Part shown: one piece after another, positions 1-7,400 of the stretch
Layout of the letters: every line of letters begins with the position of its first letter
Position numbering within the stretch: position 1 is the first letter of the stretch
Translations under genes and position numbers: made by a program
The notes under the pieces: generated by a model
Seen by the model: the letters and a program-made list of their open reading frames with translations, nothing else
Database searches by the model: none
What the model was told of the DNA's origin: nothing
Origin: Octopus sinensis
Taxonomy: Eukaryota
NCBI RefSeq assembly: GCF_006345805.1
Contig: NW_021828135.1
Coordinates: forward strand, 1-8,776
DNA: 8,776 nt
Reading direction: 5' to 3'

Positions 1-200
1 GGAGCGGATGATATCAATATGAATGAGCTTAAAGCGGGCATCTGGGATGGAAAGAGTACCCAAAGGTGCCCGAATATGACGTTGCACTTTAGACTTCTGA
101 AATATCGGGTGCGACAAATTATGGAGCGCCGAAAATGCAGTTCATCTGTGCCCCTTAGGAACGTAAGGTCAAGATATACTGGTAGACACGTCACACAGGT
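1..200 (-). pseudogene. Integrase N-terminal (HHCC zinc-binding) region and start of catalytic core, internally deleted
   Basis: CDVST...PYVP...ALHNLSHP joins directly to IFQKSKVQRH...PDARFKLIHIDII; the usual G..AT...WP...CxxC segment is missing at ~105. Confidence 0.88.
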
Positions 201-349
201 AGATGAATCTGAAGAAAATAATGGTAACTGCCGGAGGTTCAAAGAGTGAGAATCCGATGACTTGAGAAACGAAAATTCTTGATCATAATATTGATCCAAG
301 ACTAATTGTTGAAAATCAATTGAATCAGAAGTGTGCAAAGCGTTAATAT

Positions 350-665
350 GAACGCGAGATAAGGCGTCAGTTGCAGCATTATCAACACCCTTGCTGTATT
401 GAATGTCTAAGGTAAACTGAGAAATAAAATCCAAATGTCGTAAATCTCGGGGAGAAAATTTATCAGATTCTGATTTCAAAGAAAATGTTAATGGTTTGTG
501 ATCTGTAAAAAGTGTCAGAAATTTTTAGCAGCAAGATAAGCAGGTATTACATCTAGACTCGGTAGGCTTGAATCCGCGAGAAAAAAATGCAAGTGATTGT
601 CTGTTACCACTGACCAAGTGTTGAACAACTGCGCCTACACCGACATCATATGCATCAACCACCAC
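350..665 (-). pseudogene. Ty3/Gypsy RNase H domain, inactivated
   Basis: VVDAYDVGVGAVVQ (DAS motif altered), LAFFSR, FTDHKPL, NAATDALSR; the 'RELLA' segment carrying the catalytic Glu appears deleted near 540. Confidence 0.92.
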
Positions 666-961
666 TGACAAAGGTACCTCAAGAATGTAGTGTGCTAACT
701 GTTACTTTGGATAACTGATCCTTGATATTTTCAAAAGCTTGCAGTTAAGAAGAATCTAGTGGTATAGCTTCGTTCTTCTTACGATTTTTCAAGAGTTCAG
801 CAAGAGAACAGATAGTTTCCGTACAATGAGGAATGAATCTCCTGTAGAAATTCATGAGACTAAGAAATTCGCGTAACTTCCGTAATGAAGTAGGAGTAGG
901 GAAATAGTTTCAATACGAATACGAATAACTTCAATTTTATCAGGTAATGTCAATCGAATGT

Positions 962-1500
962 CCTAGAAAAGTGAGTGAAGGAACGCCAAACACACATTTA
1001 CTAGCCTTAATAATTACATCATATTTCGTCAAACGAGTAAAACGTTGCTACAAGTGTGATAAATGGTCTTCTTCAGTAGAGCTAGCTATCAAAAGATCGT
1101 TGATTTAGGTGAAGACAAAATTTAACCCACGAGTTACTTCATCCATGAAGCATTGGAAAGTGCTGGCAGCGTTTCTCAAACCAACTGACATGCACAAATT
1201 CAAAAAGGCCAAATGGTGTGGTTATGGCGGTTTTAGGAATGTCAGACGGTTCAACTGGAATTTGGCTTTAAACTCGCACCAAAGCGATTTTAGAAAAGAT
1301 AGAGCAACCGTGCAAAGATGCTGAAAAATCATGTAAATTGGGTTACGGATAATGATCAGGAATTGTCATGGCATTTAAACGACGAAATTACCACATGACC
1401 GTCAGTCTGAAGAATTTTTCTGGGAGACAAATATTCCTAAGTCAAGCATGTGACGAAACTCATCTTTAGCGACTCTGAGTTTGTCTAGAGCAAGATGCCG
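962..1500 (-). pseudogene. Reverse transcriptase domain, inactivated
   Basis: KTAITTPFGLFEF and GLRNAASTFQ motifs present; the catalytic YIDD reads *IND (TAA ATC AAC GAT on - strand, 1096-1107); several other stops and frameshifts. Boundaries approximate. Confidence 0.95.
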
Positions 1501-1769
1501 AGGAGCAGAAACCACAGGAGGACCTTTAGTAAGAATATATTGCGTTACAGAGTACACTGGAGATTTATTTTGAAAAACGGTTTGGGTCAACTCTGGAAAT
1601 TTTGATAGCAACTCATGAAAGACATTCGAAGGAGATAGAATTAAAAAATAGAGAACTAATAGTAGCAATACTTGCAAACGCACCTTGAGTAGAAAGAAGA
1701 GTTTGTACCACGACACAAAGAATGAAATAAATCCGATAAATTTTAGATGTATGCTCCTAATTACGATTT

Positions 1770-1799
1770 CAGAGATACTATCGAATAGACAAGAGTCAC
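1770..1799 (+). repeat. 30-bp dispersed direct repeat, copy 1
   Basis: CAGAGATACTATCGAATAGACAAGAGTCAC; 28/30 identical to 2484-2513. Confidence 0.9.
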
Positions 1800-1995
1800 C
1801 TGGCTTTGCTGCAGCATACATTAAAGCCTTAGTGGATATTCAGTTGAGACAGAAAATAAGAATAAACGTAACTTTATACTGTGTTACATAAGCTAGCGAA
1901 GGTTATAATTGTAAACTAAAAAACATGTACGAATAAGATTACATACAGTACGAAGAATATACAGCTACATACTCACGCGCGCGCATAAACATGCA

Positions 1996-1998
<3 letters not shown>

Positions 1999-2036
<38 letters not shown>

Positions 2037-2065
2037 TGCGTGTGCGTGCGTGTGTGCTTGTGTGT
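1999..2065. repeat. (GT)18 microsatellite with degenerate GT/GC extension
   Basis: Pure GT 1999-2034, then GGTGCGTGTGCGTGCGTGTGTGCTTGTGTGT; preceded by CACGCGCGCGCATAAACATGCACAC. Confidence 0.98.
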
Positions 2066-2483
2066 AACGAACAGCAACCAACTTTCTGAGGAAGGATTCG
2101 AAATCAAACCCATATATTTCTACGAGTCAACGGCCTATTGTTTTAGCCTGTTGCACCAAAAAATTTATGAGAATATACTGACCCCTTGATTTTTTTCGAG
2201 GCATTCATCTGTCAAAGCTGACTAGAGAAGAAAAATTCCTTGTTTTCGATTGATCTAATTCAATTATGAAGAATATAAATACGAAAAGCAAATCGCTTTC
2301 TATCTCTCTTTGGGTCGATCCCTCTCTGACCAAAGAGCAACTTTTTCAGTCAACGCGCGAAAATAGCTTTATCACTTTCTTTACTTCCCTTGACTTTATT
2401 ACTATTTCTTTCTCACGTAGTCACAGAGATGAAATTATTAACAAATGGACTGAAGATCTACAAAGAACTTATGTGTACACAAA

Positions 2484-2513
2484 CAGAGGTACTATCGAAT
2501 AGACAAGAGTGAC
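2484..2513 (+). repeat. 30-bp dispersed direct repeat, copy 2
   Basis: CAGAGGTACTATCGAATAGACAAGAGTGAC; 28/30 identical to 1770-1799. Confidence 0.9.
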
Positions 2514-2945
2514 TTCTATAAAAAGTTATATTTTCTATATTGTAACGACATAATAATCATATTAATAAATACATTTGACCGGCAGATTTAGAAAATAATT
2601 TTTTGTAAGTAAACACTTTCAAACTTCGTAAACTGGTAGAATGTGTCATATAAAACATCTTTTATTCTTAGTGTTTTTTAGAAAAGTTTATGTTTACGAA
2701 GTTGTTTCGTTTTAAAGTTGTCGTATTTCGGTAATTTCAACGAATCAATGACGTGTATTCAGTTGAATAAAATTACTGCTGTTGTTTGTCAACAGCAACT
2801 CCTTCCATCCAAGTTTGTCATTCTTTTGTTTACATTTCATATCGTACAGTTAACTATGTTTTCTGTTCGGCAAATTTTTATTTGCTTACATGTTGGCACG
2901 TTCATAAGCCTGCAAACAATTTTGTTCAGAGTTCTGTGAATACTA

Positions 2946-2990
2946 ATTCTACGAAGATTGATTCCTCGAAGACTGATTCCGCGAAGGTTA
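2946..2990 (+). repeat. 15-bp minisatellite x3
   Basis: ATTCTACGAAGATTG / ATTCCTCGAAGACTG / ATTCCGCGAAGGTTA. Confidence 0.85.
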
Positions 2991-3053
2991 ATACCGTGTA
3001 TTGATGAAGGGAAATACCCTGAAACCAGAGTGGTCTACTGGTCTTGTAATCGC
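2981..3053 (+). ncRNA. Type I hammerhead ribozyme motif (HHR-A), C3U core variant, predicted cleavage after GUC at 3035
   Basis: Helix I ACCG(U)GUA 2993-3000 / UACUGGU 3036-3042; core UUGAUGA 3001-3007; helix II AGGG-aaaua-CCCU 3008-3020; GAAA 3021-3024; helix III CCA-gag-UGG 3025-3033; UC 3034-3035. Possible distal helix I: GCGA..UUA 2981-2990 / UAAUCGC 3047-3053. Confidence 0.82.
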
Positions 3054-3179
3054 TAGATAGCAGGGGTTCGCAATATATCGGACACAGGTAGTGTCGTTAA
3101 CCAACTGGAGATGTCCTCCTGGGGTTAATAAAATGGTAGTAACATAGTTCCGTATGGAACAATCATGTTGAATGAACAA

Positions 3180-3261
3180 CAAACATTACGGGTTTCGCAT
3201 CCATAAAACTCTGACGAGACCAAACATTACGGGCTTCGCATCCATAAAGCTCAGGCGAAAT
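3180..3261 (+). repeat. 41-bp tandem duplication (2 copies)
   Basis: CAAACATTACGGG(T/C)TTCGCATCCATAAA at 3180 and 3221 (27/28 identical); the following 13 nt are 8/13 identical. Confidence 0.9.
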
Positions 3262-3272
3262 GTGTGTAAAGG
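3208..3272 (+). ncRNA. Decayed type I hammerhead-like motif (HHR-B)
   Basis: CUGACGA 3211-3217, G...C closing pair, GAAA 3257-3260, then UGUGUGUA (GUA 3266-3268). This would be the palindromic GAAACGCGCGUA after three CpG->TpG changes. Helix I and the base of helix II pair poorly. Confidence 0.35.
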
Positions 3273-3282
3273 TAAGCGCTAT

Positions 3283-3297
3283 ACACACACACACACA
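3283..3297. repeat. (AC)7 microsatellite
   Basis: ACACACACACACACA. Confidence 0.9.
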
Positions 3298-3544
3298 TTA
3301 TTAAGTATCTTCTCCAGCGCTGCTTTCCAACTCAGGATCTTACAACATGAACGAAACTCTGCTGTTGAACATTCTAACCCGGGTCGCCGACTTTGGATAT
3401 CATTTTACACCCTTTCACAAACTACATTCTTAACGTCAACAGCCAACTTGGTTGGTCACTCTCTCATTTCATAGTTTGCTTCAACAGACTTCAATCACGT
3501 CCCTGCTGTATTCTTGGGATATTCTTTTATTTGTAAAATTACTT

Positions 3545-3628
3545 TTCATCTGATGATTAGGGATTTTGCAATGGAGTAATATTCTCATTCTTCTATTTAA
3601 AAAATGCGTAAGAAACTGCTGTAATGAG
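3545..3628 (+). ncRNA. Type I hammerhead-like motif (HHR-C) with minimal helix III and long helix II, predicted cleavage after GUA at 3623
   Basis: Helix I UUCAU 3545-3549 / AUGAG 3624-3628; exact CUGAUGA 3550-3556; helix II UUAGGGAUUUU 3557-3567 / AAAAUGCGUAA 3601-3611 (9/11 paired) with inner hairpin AAUG(G)AG/CUCAUU; GAAA 3612-3615; C-ugcu-G-U-A 3616-3623 (ACUGCUGU, one change from palindrome ACAGCUGU). First helix II pair is the atypical U-A. Confidence 0.58.
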
Positions 3629-3970
3629 CTGACAATTATCCATTGTATGTTATTATTCATTTGATTATAATATACCAAGAGGATTTACAACTTGTTGGAC
3701 CCTAGAATATGCCAACAACGTACAATTCAACATACCGCGTGCTTTGGACCAGCCCCTAGGCGTTAAATACTCATAGAATTGGTTTTCTCTGAGTCAACAA
3801 CTGGAATATACTATCTGATACTTACTAACCATAGGGTGGACTTACAGGTTTATCCAGCCCTATCTGATGCACATATTTTCAATTACCTGTGTCTGTGTGT
3901 ATATGTCTCCCGAAGAGCCATTGGGGAATGAAAGTATATTTAGTAGGACTAAAGATAGTGGAATAAATAC

Positions 3971-4207
3971 CATCATCATCATCGTTTAACGTCCGTTTTC
4001 CGCGCTAGCACGGGTTGGACGGTTTCGACCGGGGTCTGGGGAGCAAGGGACTGCCCCAGGCTCCAGTCTAGTCTGGCAAGTTTCTACAAAGCTGGATGCC
4101 CTTCCTAACGCCAACCACTTCCGCGAGTGTAGTGGGTTTTTTACGTGCCACCTGCACAGGTGCCAGAGGGGTCTGGCATCGGCCACGTTCGGATGGTGCT
4201 TTTTTAT
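3971..4207 (-). mobile_element. 5'-truncated SINE-like interspersed repeat with (GAT)n 3' tail
   Basis: (CAT)4 at 3971-3982 is a (GAT)n tail on the - strand. The - strand core TGGTTGGCGTTAGGAAGGGCATCCAGCTTTGTAGAAA (4081-4117) resembles, from recall, the conserved 'Meta'-type SINE domain and an abundant Octopus repeat. Internal duplicated GG(TGC)TTTTTA motif at ~4134 and ~4195. No tRNA-like A/B-box head seen. Confidence 0.7.
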
Positions 4208-4434
4208 GGTGGGGGGGGTGCAGAAATATAGGGGAGCACCAGTGGGAGGGGTGGTTCAGAGAAATGATGACAGGTTCTAGGCAAGTAGAACGTAGGATAT
4301 CAAGAGAGGGGTAATGCATGGTGAAATAGGCGTATTGAAGAGGGGGTTCGAAAGTAGACACCTATTATGGTGGTGGGAGAAGCGACATCCGGGATGGATG
4401 GAGCAAAAATATAGAGATATCCAGTATTGGTGGT

Positions 4435-4451
4435 GGGGTGGGCAGGGCGGG
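4435..4451 (+). other. Canonical G-quadruplex-forming motif
   Basis: GGGG-T-GGG-CA-GGG-C-GGG (loops 1/2/1), preceded by GGTGGT; a longer-looped G-tract cluster lies at 4211-4251. Confidence 0.75.
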
Positions 4452-4456
4452 TGCAC

Positions 4457-7400
4457 CGCGAATACACGATGGTTGATGAATCCACGAGAGGCGAGATGGG
4501 TAATGGATAATTAGTTAAAAAATTAGATAGATATAGAAATTAGTTAAAATAGTTAGATAGATAAGAAAGCAATGGTTGATTGATGGGGAAGTGAAATAAT
4601 AATAAGCCATTCAACTTATCTGTTAGATGAATGAATGAATGTAAGAGCAAAGTTGGGCTGCGGTTTTTTTTTTTTTAAATAAAGATTGTCGGAGGAAGAA
4701 GGCGCGAATACACGATGGTTGATGAATACACGAGAGGCGAGATGGGTAATGGATAATTAGTTAAATAATTAGATAGATATAGAATTAGTTAAAAATAGTT
4801 AGATAGATAGGAAAGCATGTATGATTGATGGGGAAGTGAAATAATAATAAGCATTCAACTTATCTGTTAAATGAATGAATGAATGAAGAGCAGAAGTTTG
4901 GGGCTGCGTTTTTTTTTTTTAAATAAAGATTATCCGGAGGAAAGGCGCGAATACACAATGGTTGATGAATACACGAGAGGCGAGATGGGTAATGGATAAA
5001 TTAGTTAAATAATTAGATAGATATAGAAATTAGTTAAAAATAGTTAGATAGATAAGAAAGCATGTATGATTGATGGGGAAGTGAAATAATAATAAGCATT
5101 CAACTTATCTGTTAGATGAATGAATGAATGAAAGAGCAGAAGTTTGGGGCTGATTTTTTTTTAAAATAAAGATTATCCGGAGGAAGAAGGCGCGAATACA
5201 CGATGGTTGATGAATACACGAGAGGCGAGATGGGTAATGGATAATTAGTTAAAATAATTAGATAGATATAGAAATTAGTTTTATAGTTAGATAGATAAGA
5301 AAGCATTTATGATTGTGGGAAGTGAATAAATAAGCATTCAACTTATCTGTTAGATGAATGAATGAATGAAAGAGCAGAGTTTGGGGCTGCGTTTTTCTTT
5401 TTAATAGAGATTGTCCGAGGAAGAAGGCGCGAATACACGATGTTTGATGAATACACGAGAGGCGAGATGGGTAATGGATAAATAGTTAAAATAATTAGAT
5501 AGATATAGAAATTAGTTAAAATAGTTAGATAGATAAGAAAGCATGTATGATTGATGGGGAATGAAATAATAAATAAGCATTCAACTTATCTGTTAGATGA
5601 ATGAATGAATGAAAGAGCAGAAGTTTGGGGCTGCGTTTTTTTTTAAATAATAAAATGTCCGGAGGAAGAAGGCGCGAATACACGATGGTTGATGAATACA
5701 CGAGAGGCGAGATGGGTAAGGGAAAATTAGTTAAAAAATTAGATAGATATAGAATTAGTTAAAAATAGTTAGATAGATAAGAAAGCATGTATGATTGATG
5801 GGGAAGTGAAATAATAATAAGCATTCAACTTGTCTGTTGATGAATGAAGAATGAAAGAGCAGAAGTTTGGCGCTGCGTTTTTTTTAATAAAGATTGTCCG
5901 GAGGAAGAAGGCGCGAATACACGATGGTTGATGAATACACGAGAGGCGAGATGGGTAATGGATAAATAGTTTAAAATAATTAGATAGATAGAGACTTAGT
6001 TAAAAATAGTTAGATAGATAGGAAAGCATGTATGATTGATGGGGAGTGAAATAATAATAAGCATTCAACTTATCTGTTAAATGAATGAATGAATGAAAGA
6101 GCAGAAGTTTGGGGCTGCGTTTTTTTTTTTTTTAAATAAGATTATCCGGAGGAAGAAGGGCGAATACACGATGGTTGATGAATACACGAGAGCGAGATGG
6201 GTAATCTAAATTAGTTAAAATAATTAGATAGATATAGAAATTAGTTTTAAATAGTTAGATAGATAAGAAAGCATGTATGATTGATGGGGAAGTGAAATAA
6301 TAAATAAGCATTCAACTATCTGTTAGATGAATGAATGAATGAAAGAGCAGAAGTTTGGGGCTGAGTTTTTTTTTTTAAATAAGATTATCCGGAGGAAGAA
6401 GGCGCGAACACGATGGTTGATGAATACACGAGAGGCGAGATGGTAATGGATAAATTAGTTAAAATAATTAATAGATATAGAAATTAGTTTTAAATAGTTA
6501 GATAGATAAGAAAGCATTTATGATTGATGGGAAGTGAAATAATAAAAAGCATTCAACTTATCTGTTAGATGAATGAATGAATGAAAGAGCAAAGTTTGGG
6601 GCTGCGTTTTTCTTTTTAAATAGAGATTGTCCGGAGGAAGAAGGCGCGAATACACGATTTTGATGAATACACGAGAGGCGAGATGGGTAATGATAAATTA
6701 GTTAAAATAATTAGATAGATATAGAAATTAGTTAAAAATAGTTAGATAGATAAGAAAGCATGTATGATTGATGGGAAGTGAAATAATAAATAAGCATTCA
6801 ACTTATCTGTTATGAATGAATGAATGAAAGAGCAGAAGTTTGGGGCTGCGTTTTTTTTTTAAATAAAGATTGTCCGGAGGAAGAAGGCGCGAATACACGA
6901 TGGTTGATGAATACACGAGAGGCGAGATGGGTAGGGATAAATTATTAGTTAAAATAATTAGATAGATATAGAATAGTTAAAAATAGTTAGATAGATAAGA
7001 AAGCATTTATGATTGATGGGGAAGTGAAATAATAAATAAGCATTCAACTTATGTGTTAGATGAATGAATGAATGAAAGAGCAGAAGTTTGGCGCTGCGTT
7101 TTTTTTTTAAATAAAGATTGTCCGAGGAAGAAGGCGCGAATACACGATGGTTGATGAATACACGAGAGGCGAGATGGGTAATGGATAAATTAGTTAAAAT
7201 AATTAGATAGATATAGAAATTAGTTAAAAATAGTTAGATAGATAGGAAAGCATGTATGATTGATGGGGAAGTGAAATAATAAATAAGCATTCAACTTATC
7301 TGTTAAATGAATGAATGAATGAAAGAGCAGAAGTTTGGGGCTGCGTTTTTTTTTTTTAAATAAAGATTATCCGGAGGAAGAAGGCGCGAATACACGATGG

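Larger units (their letters stand above)
1..1705 (-). mobile_element. pol: Degenerate Ty3/Gypsy LTR-retrotransposon pol fragment (linker-RT-RNase H-integrase), runs off the left edge; possibly CsRn1-like clade
   Basis: Manual minus-strand translation across stops/frameshifts: FHELLSKFPELT...GPPVVSAPRHLALDKLRVAKDEFRHMLDLGI / D*RSCGN-RRLNAMTIPDHYP*P...FSKIALVRV*SQIPVEPSDIPKTAITTPFGLFEF / GLRNAASTFQCFMDEVTRGLNFVFT*INDLLIAS...KCVFGVPSLTFLGH...LREFLSLMNFYRRFIPHC...VVDAYDVGVGAVVQ...LAFFSR...FTDHKPL...GVDNAATDALSR...CDVSTSIS*PYVP...ALHNLSHP...KSKVQRHIRAPLGTLSIPDARFKLIHIDII. Domain order RT-RH-IN is Gypsy-type (Copia places IN before RT). Clade assignment is from recalled motif style only. Confidence 0.96.

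Noticed and set aside
19-1324. + strand ORFs 19..249 and 1109..1324
   Set aside because: Antisense shadows of the Gypsy pol relic.
1402-1821. 139-aa ORF as an intact gene
   Set aside because: Only the C-terminal half is in the pol frame; the hydrophobic N-terminus is off-frame or unrelated sequence, and the ORF ends at a mutated Trp codon.
1700-2000. Gypsy 5' LTR, PBS, gag or protease
   Set aside because: No TG...CA LTR, TGG-starting PBS or DTG/DSG protease motif found upstream of the pol fragment.
2080-2115. CTGAGGA...GAAA hammerhead-like core
   Set aside because: No helix II (AGGATTC), no helix III or NUH, and no helix I pairing.
3686-3722. Hairpin TTGTTGG/CCAACAA
   Set aside because: A 7-bp stem without further context is within chance expectation.
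3905-3950. CCGAAGA-GCCATTGGG...GAAA...GTA possible fourth hammerhead
   Set aside because: Core is mutated, spacing to GAAA is wrong and helix III does not pair.
2001-4514. Short ORFs of 61-100 aa
   Set aside because: No recognisable domains; they derive from microsatellite, AT-rich, SINE or G-rich sequence. No Penelope RT or GIY-YIG motif was recognised.
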